Of a DNA stretch of 64,000 bases, positions 11,556-27,225 are shown piece by piece. Each line of letters opens with the position of its first letter. Position 1 is the stretch's first letter. The DNA is taken from NCBI GenBank assembly GCA_037447605.1, contig CM074804.1, positions 7,355,909 to 7,419,908 of the forward strand, written 5' to 3'. Both the position numbers and the translations under genes were made by a program. The DNA comes from Zygnema circumcarinatum SAG 698-1b (taxonomy: Eukaryota > Plantae > Zygnematophyceae). The notes under the pieces were generated by a model. That model was not told the origin of the DNA. It worked only from the letters and a program-made list of their open reading frames with translations, and searched no databases.

Positions 11556-14500
11556 ATGCGTCAGGCTGATGAGTCGGCATCAGCTGTAGCCGCTGCCATG
11601 GAGAGCAATGTGGTCAGCGGGCGAACTGAGAAGGCCGTGGCTAGGGGAGGAAACGAGAATGTCGACGAACCCAGGGAGGGAGGGCAGGAATCTGTAGTGG
11701 TTGAGAGGAGAGGAGACTATGCGGCTGTGTGCAAGTGGACGATTGCCCAATTTGCAAAGGTGAAGGCGCGTGCACTTTGGAGCAAGTATTTTGAGGTCGG
11801 AGGTTATGACTGCAGGTTGTTAGTGTATCCCAAAGGAGATTCTCAGGCCCTTCCGGGGTATATTTCCATATACCTGCAAGTGACGGATCCCCGGGGCACT
11901 TCAAGCAGCAAGTGGGACTGCTTTGCTAGTTATCGTCTTTGTGTTGTCAACCAGCGTGACGACTCGAAAACAATTCAACGGGATAGCTGGCATCGCTTCT
12001 CAGGAAAAAAGAAGTCGCATGGATGGTGCGACTTCACACCTTCTGCAGCAGTTTTGGACACGAAGGCGGGGTTTATGGTCAATGAAGCAGTCCTTGTTAC
12101 TGCAGAAATTCTTGTGCTCCACGAATCCGTATCATTTTCTCGAGAAAACGAGCTGCCTTTGTCCGTTGGCCCCGTTGGAGAGGTTCTGAGCGGCAAGTTT
12201 ACATGGAAAGTGCACAACCTTTCTCTTTTCAAAGAGATGATTAAGACACAGAAAATTATGAGTCCTGTATTTCCAGCGGGGGAATGCAACCTTCGGTTAA
12301 GCGTGTATCAATCATCTGTTAGTGGGGTTGACTATCTTTCCATGTGCCTGGAAAGTAAAGACACGGAGAAATCTGCGGCGCCAGAACGCAGTTGTTGGTG
12401 TTTGTTTCGCATGTCTGTCTTAAATCAGCGCACGGGAGGCAATCATGTGCACCGAGATTCATATGGGCGTTTCGCAGCTGACAACAAAAGTGGGGATAAT
12501 ACCAGTCTTGGATGGAATGACTATATGAAGATGGCAGACTTCGTGTCCCCAGACATGGGGTACCTTGTGGAAGATACTGCAGTATTCTCTGCATCTTTTC
12601 ATGTCATTAAGGAATCTTCTACGTTCTCAAAGAACATAGGGCCTGTAGGTTCTCGAGGCAGCAGTGCCAAGAAGGGTGATGGCTACCAGGGCAAATTCGT
12701 ATGGCGTATTGACAACTTCACCCGCCTTAAGGATCTTCTGAAGAAACGCAAAATCACGGGCCTCTGCATCAAGAGCCGCCGATTCCAAGTTGGAAACCGG
12801 GACTGCCGGCTGATTGTTTATCCACGAGGTATGGCCATTTTTCGCTAGCTTATCCCTTCCTTTCTGGTGCTTTCGAGGTCGAGGATATAATGGCAGCTTG
12901 AACTTTTGTCGGGCATTTTTTGTCAATGGCAGCTGGAGGTGTTGGCGGTCAGATGTTTTAGGGTTTTTTATTATTTGGTGGGACTCCTTTTGATGGACCA
13001 TCTTGGGAAGCTGAGAACGGCTACTTAGCAGGAGCATTATAGTAACGTGTCCAGGCTAAAGATCTTGTGAATTGTTAGGGGGAAGAGCTATATGCTCTTG
13101 GAGCTGAGTTGACTCCACAGAGGCCACTTCGACTTCTTTGAAGATAAACTAGATGCCAAACATGTTAGTGGGTTGGGGATTCCTTCCCTTGCAGATAGAG
13201 GATAAAGGGCAGGTGCCAAACTGCTTTTTGGAACTTGCTCCAATTTTTCTCCAGTCATCTGAAATATGCACCTGGTCTTTACTTTTTTCTGACCTGCAGG
13301 GCAGTCGCAGCCCCCGTGCCACTTATCCATGTTCCTTGAGGTGACTGACCAGCGGTGCCCTTCAACGGATTGGAGCTGCTTTGTCAGCCACCGCCTTTCA
13401 GTTGTTAACCAGCGTTGGGATGAACGTTCGGTTAGCAAAGAGTCACAGAATAGGTACTCCAGGGCAGCGAAAGATTGGGGATGGAGAGAATTCGTAACTC
13501 TCACAAGCTTATTTGATCAGGACTCAGGTTTTCTTGTCCAGGATACAGTCGTGTTTTCCGCAGAGGTCCTCATCCTTCGAGAAACGTCCACTCTTTTGGA
13601 GCAGCCTGACAACAGTAATGGGCTGACCAGCGGTTCGAATGCACCGGTAGCTTCAGGTCCACCACCTGCATTAGGTCCAACCGGAGCGGGAGGGGGAGAG
13701 GGAGGGGATGCTCCGGTGGCACGTACTGGAAAGCGTGGGGTATTCACATGGCGGGTGGAGAATTTTGTTGCCTTTAAAGAGATCATGGAGACACGGAAAA
13801 TCTTCAGCAAGTTTTTCCCGGCAGGAGGAGTGGAACTTCGCATTGGTAAGCATTGGAACATCAAGCTGACTATGCCAATACCTGCATTTCAGAGGACATA
13901 AGAGTAGGGGGGGGTAAGGCTTTAGGTTACGTGACATCTTTGGTCATAATGCAAAGGTCCTTCCTCAAAACGACCCGCTCTGGGTTCAAGCCTTAAAGCA
14001 TGTGGGGAAACTGAGGATGATTCGACTGATAATCCAGAAGAGGAATATACGTACAGCAGAGGAGGTTATGATGTCCTTCTGCAGCAGTGATGCTGCGGAA
14101 GAGGCCATTCTGACTGCGACAATGCATTCTTCTGTCCTTAAGGTGGTGGGCAACGGCGAGAGGGATGGTGTTTCTTTGCTGAAATCCTTTCTTGCCCTTG
14201 CTGTCAGAACTTTAAATGGACAGCATGCACCCGGGGTTTAGTAAACTCATCCAGATTGGGGTATGTTGCAGAGCGTGATAGCGATGGTGAATTTGTGGTG
14301 GACACGCAAGAACCATGACATGCCATTATTTTGGATGAAAGAGGATTAGTGCTTGCCCATTATCTTCTAGTGGAATGTATGTTGCCTTTTCTCCATGGGT
14401 GCTGCTTTTGATGCATGGTGCTGAGCGTGTGCAGGCGTATACGAGTCTCTGGACACTCTCTGCATTTACTTGGAGAGTGACCAGGCCATGGCTGCCAGTC

Positions 14501-17500
14501 CTGTGAGTCCGGGTGCAGCGGCAGGAAATGAGCGTGACCCAAATTTCTGGGTGCGATATCGCATTGGAGTGGTGAATCAGAAGCACTCCGAGCGCACAAT
14601 ATGGAAGGAAGCGAGTATCTGCACCAAGACATGGAACAACTCAGTGCTGCAGTTCATGAAGGTGGCTGAGCTGCTCGACAGCGAGGCAGGCTTTCTCGTG
14701 CGCGATGCGATTGTGTTTGTGTGCGAGATATTGGACTGTTGCCCGTGGTTCGAATTTTCAGACATCGAGGTGATCTCCTTTTTACGACTTGGCTCTAATT
14801 TGGGAGTAACTCGTTCCCAGTTTTGCCTTACCAGTAGCATGGTGACGGCTGAGCTGTTTCACTCGGCATTGTTGTCGTATGGGTGCTGTACGGAACAATC
14901 AGCGAAGGTTCTGTACATGATGGTAAACCTGAACTTGGTCTTGAAACTGGATGACCTGTGAAGAGATAACCGTCCTGAAGGTCTGTTAGAACTGTTAATT
15001 TCCCGGCTACATAGGGGAAGGAGTCTCTATTGTGTTTGTCCTTTTGCAAGATGTAGATATTGATGTTCGCCAGCATAGTTTTCCTTGCAGGAAAATCGAG
15101 GACAGGCATTGATGTCGGATGAGGAGCAAGATGCATTAAGTACAGACCCGGACGAGCTTCTCGACTCGGATGGGTCGGAAAGCAATGTCAGTGGTGATGA
15201 AGAGGACATTTTCCGCAGTTTGCTTGCAAGAGCAGGCTTTCAACTTTCATATAATGACAGCCCGCCACTCCTCCTTGATCCATCACAACTGCAGGTTAGT
15301 CCACCTCGGGGGGTGTTTAATATTGCGACAGATTGCCAAACGGTCAATGATGCCCTTTCCCTTGATGACTTCAATTCAGTTATGGATGAGTTGCTTGCCG
15401 AGATTAGCGGCACTGGTCCAATCTCGTTACTTATACTTCAAGCATGGTCTGGTTAGCTTCCTGTATGCGCTGCAGCATCTTCATTGATGATGCTTGTTGC
15501 ACACATGCAGGTCACTCTGCGCGAGAAACTCCTAATGGATGCAGGTGCAGTCGCAGCATTCCTTGCGGGGCTGCGCGTGTATCTGGACGACCCCGCCAAA
15601 GTGAAGCGACTTCTGCTCCCAACGCAGGGTCTGAGTGGAGTAGCGGGGAATGGCCCGGAGATGAATGGGAATGGGGAGGGGGAGGGAAGCTCTCCCAGCC
15701 TCATGAACCTGCTCATGGGGGTCAAGGTGCTGCAGCAAGCTATTGTCGACCTGCTTTTGGATATCATGGTGGAGTGCTGTCAGCCGCCGGATGCAAGACG
15801 CTTCACTGATGCGGGCACTGCTGGTACGAGCTAACCACAATACATTGTTTCCACAATACATTATTCGTATGTGTGTGCAACAAGTTTGTATTCTTCTTGA
15901 GATGTCTATGCTAAACTTTGACACCAAATTGTCGGTCTACGTATTCACGAAAAGGAGCGCAGTTCGAGCTCTGGATAGACTGCAGGCATCCTTGACTTGT
16001 GATTGGCTTCTCATGCCTATTTTCGAAGCTTACGCGCAGGAAGTGAGCCTTCTTCCTCAGTGAAATCTCGGAGCAATGACGGAGCAGTCCCGAGTGGGTC
16101 TATTGGAGCAGATGCGCGGCCATCTGGTGGAGGCACAGTGGGGCCTGACTTCCGGAAAGGGGGAGCTGTCTCAAGCAGTTTGGGGAGTGCGGGAAGTATG
16201 GGTAACAATAGCAGCCATGGTTTAGGGGGGTCCGGGGTAGAGCAGCGACTTGAGAGAGGACCCCACGGGCCATATGATGGGCAAGCCGTACAAAGCAGTG
16301 ATGGGGCATCTAGTAGTGATGGCACACTTTCTATGGGGGGTGACTTGTGGAGACCTGACGTTTCTTCAGGCACGAGCTCCCAAACAAGCAGTGTATCGGG
16401 AAGAGGTGGGACTTCTTCTGGCCAAGATGGAGGTGCTGTTTCAGATGGAGCTGTGCGAGAAGTGCAGCCTCAACCTCAGAAGGTGACTCTCGCCTGCTAC
16501 ACGTTTCAACAATTGAATTGGTGCTCTTGGATTGGCATTTATATGGGCAGTTTTTGGGAAGGGCAATCGTTTCGTTTCGGCACACGAGCTATTGCCCACC
16601 TCCTAGCCTAGGGCATTTCCACACATCGTGTCTTCTTCGTATAAGGGGTTAGCGTTTGTAATTCAGGAATTGTGGAGATCCTTGCCATAAGGAGAAAATA
16701 AGTTTAGGTTGTCGATTTCTATTCGCCGTTAAAAAACTCGCTTTACATGCAGCAGGGGTCAGCTGAATGATTAACTATCGAAGTAGTAAAACTCCAATAA
16801 GAATGCGCTAGAACGAGCTTCCCTTTTCTGTTGAATGTCTTCTTGTGTTGCTTCTGAACCCAAAGTCGGTTTGTGCACTCTGCTTTTGTGACAGCCTAAG
16901 TGGCCTGAACAAGCGGATGAACTTTTGGGACTCATTGTGGAGTCGTTAAGGACTTTGGACGGCCACCATCACCTGCAAGCGCAGGCCTACTTAGAACCCC
17001 CCCTTCGCCGCAGACCGCAATCCTCTCAGAAAATTGCAATTGTGTTGGCACACGCCCCCCAAGGGCTGCAAGGTGCTCTCCTAGGATTGGTGCCCCGATT
17101 GGTCGATCAGGCAGAGCATCCCCAAGCAGCTCATGTGCTGTTGGACCGCCTCCGGCAACCGGAAGCAGAGCCTTCCCTGCGCTTACCAGTACGCCGCTGT
17201 CTCAAAACATATAGCAAGCTGGTGTTTTGTGGTATGAATGACATGATTCTACAGAAGATTGAGATGTTTTAGGACAGCTTCTGATCATGTAGGCATTCGA
17301 AAACTTGTGCTGCAGTGAAGGCTTTCTGTAGGAACAGCAAGTATGAGCAATTCAGCATCGCTACCTTCAAGAGGCAAAGTGATGGAGAGACAATGAATCT
17401 TTGCTAACATCAAACGACGAGTAGCCGCGTTGACGATTGAACATAAACTTGTGTTGTTATTTGCTTTTGGGTGTCATTCTGCCTCTGGGCTCCAATTCTG

Positions 17501-20500
17501 TAAGGTTAGAGACCTGAATTGTATACACATTGTGTGAATGTCAAAACTCATTTTTTTTTTGATGCTGCTGCAATTGATTATTTTTTGTGGAATGAATCAG
17601 TTTCCTATGAATGAAGTAACGGAGGTGATATCACGGGATTTTTGTCTGTGTTGCAGGTGTTGGGGGCGTTGGTGCAGTTGGATGTGGGAACTGACATATG
17701 GGTTGCTATATTAGAGGAGACGTTAGCGGTGCTACCGCATGCTTCCGATGATGCGCTTGCTGCTACGGCAAGCTTTGCCCTCAAGGCAGCCTCTGAATGC
17801 CAACAGCTTCCTCGAGCCGTGAGCATCTCCCTTCTTTATTTCAGCACTTTTTGTGGGCGGGCGAATGATGATGATGAATGATGAGACAAGGATTGTCGTT
17901 CTATCGAGAATTGATGTGCTGCCTGTTTTGAAATGCCTTGAATACTGCATATTTCCAGTGTAACAAGAACCTCCCTGCAATCTCATTGTGCTACCACGAG
18001 ATGTTCCTGGCGAATGCCATCCTTAAACTGCACCCCAATTTCTGTTTTTGCGTTTACGATCCCTCAAGTGGGCCAAGAGTCTGATAGCAGAGCACCGCAG
18101 CTCCGTTTGACTTCCTCCCTCCCTCCCTTACTGCTTGAATCTGCTCTGATTGCTTTACCCTCCAGGCCAAGGCAGTGAGAGCACGTCTCCAGCGACTAGG
18201 TCCCTCCGTCTCTCCGCGTGTCCTGCATGCTCTGCGAGCCTCAGTCAGTGCGCAGGCAGACGTGGCCACCGCCCTCCTGCGGGCCATTGATGCAGATGCT
18301 GAACCCTGCGATGCGCATTTCTTAGCCTCCGGCATGCAGCTCGCGGGGGGGGGAGTGCCCGGGTTCTATGAAGGGAACGGGGGGGGGGGGGAGCGGTGGC
18401 GGAGCTTCAGTTGGCAGCGCAACAGGCAGCACTTGCATGCTGGAGAGTGGCAGATGCAGATTTGTTGGTAGAGATGCTGACGATGCTTCCGTTGAGAGCA
18501 GAGGCTACAGCAGTTTTTGAACGTGCAGTGGCACGAGGGGCTTTTGGAGAGCAGGCCATAGTGATGGTTCTGGAGAGACGTAGACAGCAGCGTTTTAGCA
18601 TGGATGGGCATTCTCCAGGAACGTCTTCTCGATACGCGGCATATGCGGGTGGCTCCCCTGCAGGGGCTGATGCTGCCCAGCCAATAAGTAATGCAGCAGG
18701 CAGTGGGGAAGTTGTGCAGGGGGCTGCTCAAATGGCTCAGACCTTGGGAGGTCCCCTGTCATCTGCAATTGAAGGCATCGAGGAGGAGGATGACTTTCCA
18801 GCCATTTTGGGGTTGGCTGAAACCTTGTCCCTGTCAGAGGATGTTAGAGTACGCGAGTTTGTGGGAACCTTGTACGCTGTGATGTTTAAAGTGTATGGTG
18901 ATGAAGGGTATCGTGAGCGTATGCTGCGAGGTTTGGTTGGGCGAGCCACAAGTAGTGCCAGTGGAACATCCGAAGGAGAATTGGGACTGGATATTCTGGC
19001 CTTTTTGGTTAGTCACTAAACGTCCTAACATTGCACGGCCCTACTTTTTACTGCTGTTTTTATTGTCAGAGTTTCGACATCAACGTTGTCTTGCATTTGT
19101 TGCAGTAACCCAACTATCAGTCGTTGTTGGCGGTATCGTAGCTGCTTTCCTGAATGCTATAGCAAACATCCTTGTAGTAGTTGTAGGGAAAGCATTGTCT
19201 GATGCGAATGGAATGAGATTGCACATTCAGGTCCAAGAGGAGGGAGTTGCTCGGCCTGTATTGGGGCTCATGCGCGAGTCGGCTGAAGTCGCAGTGGCTG
19301 AGCGCGGAGCAGTTTGGCAGCAACTTCGCGCGACGGAGGATGAACTCCGCAGCGTGAGAGCAGAGAGGCAGACGGAGCAGCAGCGGTTGGCAAAGGAGAA
19401 GGCAGCCATTCAGCAGAAGCTGCAGGAGGCGGAGGCAACCTTGGGGCGCTTAAAGGTAGCCTCACGTTGCAGCTTTGGCAGTTCCATAACAGTCGTTTGA
19501 TTTTTATGAACGGTTTAACTTTCGCAGTTGGTGGGGTATTAGAGGGTACCTTTGATGTATGAGTTGGCTGAATTGGATTCTTGAAGTTTTGAACTGTACT
19601 TAATGTTCTGGAAACGGTAAGGCTACCGCTCAAGTTTAGCGTGCACCACTGTAGGCCTTCGATATGCAACCATAGTGAAACTACTTGACAAATTTCCACT
19701 TGATTTCGTGTTTCAGTTGCGTCCTAAAGCACTGTAATTAAGCAGAGATAGGATCCCAAGGCTCACTTCAGTGTGTTCTCTGTACGACGTTACATCAGGG
19801 GGATCTGCGACTCGAGGGAGAGAAGGCGGCCAAGGAAAGGAAGGAAAATGCAGAGCGATTGCGGGAAATGGAGAACCAACTTGAGTGGTCTCGCTCGGAG
19901 CGGGAGGAGGAAGCTCTCCGGCTAACTGCTGACAAAAAATCGCTGCAAGAGCGGCTCCGAGATGCAGAAGCACAATTGAATCAGCTCAAATCTCGAAAAC
20001 GCGAAGAGTTGAAGGTGGGCTTAGCTGGATTTCTGCTGTTGTGCGTCTCCTCCTGTCAATTCATGTACAGAGTACATGCTTATACTGAAATTTTTATCGG
20101 GAAAGATTGTACTGTTGCCGTATACCTCTGCTGCAGGCATCCCGCTATGCAGTGGGGGTTGTGTGTAGGAGGAGATCCATCTGTGCTGCCAGGTTCACCA
20201 GGGGAAGGTGGGACTGGGGTATTGCAGAAAGTTATGAAGGAGAAAAATGCACTTGCAGAGCGGCTTAAGAGTGCAGAAGGTGCTCGGAAGCGCTTTGACG
20301 AGGAGCTCAAGCGTTTCACGACGGAGACCGTGACTCGGGAGGAGGTTCGACAGTCCTTAGAGGCAGAAGTTCGCCGTCTGACCCACACAGTTGGCCAGAC
20401 GGAGGGAGGTCTGCGTGAGAAAGAGGAGCAGGTGCGAGCACCACCACCTTGTTTGAAAATATTGTTTTCTATCGCCTTATGTAGTGGAGATACCTGAGGA

Positions 20501-21102
20501 AGTGCATGAGTTTCAGATGGGCTGCTAATAGGTTAGCTGCGACTGCTGCCTTCACGCAGTGGAAACCGCACAGTTAAGAGTTGAGTTCTGTCTCCGGCGG
20601 CGTGAGTTACTTTTGCATTTCATCACTGTGAAAACTGCAGTCGTCATGAAGTCTACTGCAATGCTGACCTATCTCTAAATGGCAGGTGGTGCGCTGCGAG
20701 GCGTATATTGATGGCATGGAGGCCAAATTGCATGCCCATCAAGACTACATTCAAACCCTAGAGGCATCTCTGCAAGAAGAAATGTCTCGTCATGCTCCCC
20801 TCTATGGGGCTGGTCTTGAGCTGCTGTCCATGGCTGAGCTGGACACCTTGGCCCGCATTCACGATGAGGGGCTGCGTCAAGTGCGGGCGTTGCAGCAGCA
20901 GCGGCAGCAAACAGAGGCCCGAGGAGCCCCCTCGGAGCCCCCCTCCGGGTCACGCTTAAGCCCCACAACTTCCGTTGCAGCTTTGTATGGGCAGCCGCCC
21001 CCACTGGCTGTAGGCATGCCGCCAATTCTAGCCAATGGGGTAGGGGTACATGGGAATGGCCACCTTAATGGGACTGTGGGACCTTGGTACCCACCGGCTT
21101 GA
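11556..21102 (+). CDS. Large MATH/TRAF-domain protein with C-terminal coiled coil (At2g25320-like), multi-exon
   Basis: Four MATH domains (e.g. VCKWTIAQFAKVKARALWSKYFEVGGYDCRLLVYPKGDSQALPGYISIYLQ; FVWRIDNFTRLKDLLKKRKITGLCIKSRRFQVG; FTWRVENFVAFKEIMETRKIFSKFF). The C-terminus reads CEAYIDGMEAKL...LEASLQEEMSRHAPLYGAGLELLS...PWYPPA*. Introns are canonical GT-AG. Confidence 0.92.
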
Positions 21103-22755
21103 AAGGGGATATCTGCAGCAGGGCAGGTTGATATCCTGTGATTTCAGGGCCCATTGGTCGTAGGTCTCTTTCTATGAGCGTTTTGTTGCCCTCCCACCCA
21201 TAGGTATAGAGGAAAGAGGTGCCGTCTGGGGACGGCCTCGGTCGCTGACCTTTTTTTCTCCTGCAATGTTATTGCAACTGCGCTTTATATCATCAAGGGC
21301 ACCTGTAAAGCGTGGTCCCTTTTGCCTTCATTATGGTCCTGTGTGTGCTCTCTTCTCTGTTCTGGGATAGGAAAATTAGGGTTCTTCACAGGGAGCTGAG
21401 GGAGGGTGAAGGAAAAGGAAGTTTTGATTGGGATAATTTGGATGAGTTGGGTACGACCCACCTTCAAAATTGTGTAAGCAAAATGTACGCCTGTTGCTTT
21501 CTCTCCGCTAATGAGAGCAGCTATGCTTTGGGTAACCTTCAGGAGCCCTGCTTTTGGGGCTCTAATCTGGCACATCGCTTCTTTAATGTCGCTGGGATTG
21601 TCCTTAGACTGGGAGCAGATTTGAGATTTAGGGTTCTGGCGGCTTGTAGGATGGAGAGTCTTGGTAGGGGGCTTTATTCAGTTCCCCTCCTGAGACTTTT
21701 GTGTGGGACTGGGGAACAGGAGCTAGGTTTTGTTCACGCCGATTTGAATGTAACCAACTTGAGAGGAGAAGAAATGCTTGAGGAAGGTTATCAAACAGCT
21801 TGGGTTGTCAAAAGGTGAATATGTGTGTGTGTAATTCCTGAACCAGCACCCTCCAAATATATATGACGCGTTGGCAAACAGCTTTAGGCCACTGCTGCGT
21901 TTGTGCTCGTTCCTTCTACTTAGCACCTTCAGTCTAAAACCATTTCAATGGTACATGCTATTAGCTACAATAGACGCTGTTCTGGCTCTTGTAAAAACCA
22001 CATACACGTGCTGGGCAACGTAGATAGCTACACGGGAAAAAAGAGCTCGACAAAGCGTCTTTGCTGAGCACATTGTAGAAACAGGTCGATTCCGCTCATT
22101 TGAGAGCCCTTCGAGCCTTCCAATGTATCTCTGCCGATGTCCTTCTCCGTCCATCCTCACAACCGAAGTTAGTTATAATGGCTGCAGTTGTGAATGGCCG
22201 TTGAAATTGTTGAGACTATTGGACCCTTGCTCCGTGTCTGAGCACTTTCTAGCCTTGCCAAGCAGAAAGCATGTGCCCCCCTCCCCCGCATGGTCATGCT
22301 GCAAATGAATGGCCTTTACGGCTCTCTAATATATCCTTCACAAAAAATGGGCGAGTCATTAGTGTACTGACAATGACTGACATAAAGTACATCGTCAAGG
22401 TACAGATCTTCGAATATCTTCACATACCATATTTGAGAATGCATTGGAGTCCCTTATCTATAGGACAACGGGAATCAATTACCACAACGAATGAACTGAC
22501 TTGCCATTTAAATTGATCACTGATCATGCAAAAAAGCACTTTCATGACGAAACGAGCAATAAAAAAGGGAGAGAAAAGAGAGAGAGAGGAGAAATTTTCA
22601 TAAAGAGAATACATATTTTATTTCGTCATATTTTATTGTCTTTTGTTATCTTCATTTTCCTGTTGTTGTCGTTGCAACACGAATGGTTCATACCAGTTCA
22701 ATATGTGTGAACACAAACTCCATATGTAGCAAGAGGCCCTTGCCTCCTGTTCTAG

Positions 22756-23186
<431 letters not shown>

Positions 23187-23277
23187 ATAGCCAATAATAT
23201 GTATGTAATAATATGTAATATATGTATATGTATGTATGTAGCCAATATGTATGTATGTATGTAGCCTTAGCCTTATG

Positions 23278-25809
<2,532 letters not shown>

Positions 25810-26717
25810 CAGAGAGGGAGAGCTAGAACAGGAGGCAAGGGCCTCTTGCTACACCATCTGCCATGAGAATATTTTCGTCAATGACACTTTATGATCCCTT
25901 TTGACGATTCAATCAGTCTTCCTATTGAGATCTCCCATGGCTTATCTTGGAGCCTTTTCTCCAGCTTAACTATGTTCATGAAGTTTTTTCCTTCTCACGA
26001 AATATTCAATTTTTAGCTTGTCTCTTGGAGAGTCTAACAAGGCATCCAGAAGCCTATCCTCAAAAAAAAGGATGGTAAAATAATCACGGGTTCAGAACTC
26101 AATGAGACAAGGTTGGAAGATGGATATTTTGTGAGACGGAAAAAATTACATATACATGTCCAAGTTGGAGAAAAAAACTCCAAGATAAAACATGGGAGAT
26201 CTCGATCGAAAGATGATTGAATCGTAAAAAAGGATTTATACAAAGTATTTCACAAAAATGTTCTCATAAAGTATAGATTTTACGTGTCACATAACTCGAA
26301 CGGTATAAACCATTCCTTTACAAGGATAGGAACAGAAAAATGAGGATAATCAGGGAGAATGACATATGAAGAAAAAAAATATGCATTCACTTCATAACAA
26401 AATTTCATAATGGAAGAAAAGTCTAGATAACACAAAACTGAAATCAGAAAACTCTCGTGTTTGCCTGATCACTCAAATTGTGTTTTTTTGCCCATAGATT
26501 GCACCATCTCTCTTCACACTTTGCAGCTTTGTTCAATCGTGTCGTAAGTTCAGGAATCACAGACACTAATAGCCTTAAATCCATGCGTGCATTCTTACCC
26601 TAACTCAAACTGAATGCATACTCGCCCTTCATGCCCGACGCTGCGGCTCAAAAGTCGGCTCGCTCCCTTCTCCCCCTTCTGAGCTCAGAGAGTAAGATGG
26701 AGAGGGCCCTCAGAGGC

Positions 26718-26748
26718 GCTAACCCTAATTCAAACCCTAACTCTAATT

Positions 26749-26799
<51 letters not shown>

Positions 26800-26976
26800 C
26801 CGCACTGGCAGAACGCAGAGGAGACGAGAAGAGTACACGTGGCAATACGACGATGGTGACCCTATTAAAGTGGTAATTTCTGATTGGACGACTCTCAAAG
26901 TGTGTCCACGTGGCGCTTCGCCATTTGCAAAATGAGGCGCCAAAATGGCCACGTCGGATGAGAGGTGCCACGTGGC
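26718..26976. promoter_or_regulatory. Promoter-like region: telo-box, (GA)n tract and three G-boxes
   Basis: AAACCCTAA at 26732-26740 within a CCCTAA-like hexamer run; (GA)n at 26750-26798; CACGTG at 26836, 26907 and 26969; ATTGG (CCAAT box) at 26883. Confidence 0.5.
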
Positions 26977-27225
26977 CCTCCTTCCAAATGCAGGACCTGC
27001 AGCCTGCATTTCGAGTTTCTGTTAAGCAGAATTTTTTCAACATTACATTTTTGTTTTTCTTTTTTGGAAGTGCATTTTCTTTGTAGCCATGTTTTTATCT
27101 ATTTTTTCTTCCCCGTGTTGAGAGACTTTTTCTTTTTCTTTTCCTTCACATTGGTGTCAATATCTTGTGCAGAGTCCATTTCAAGGTCACGAGCTGCAAG
27201 CCTTCTCTCAATAGCTGCTGCTAAG

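Noticed and set aside
26034-26400. A-rich stretch resembling a LINE ORF2 remnant
   Set aside because: Only compositional similarity, with multiple stops and no diagnostic motif.
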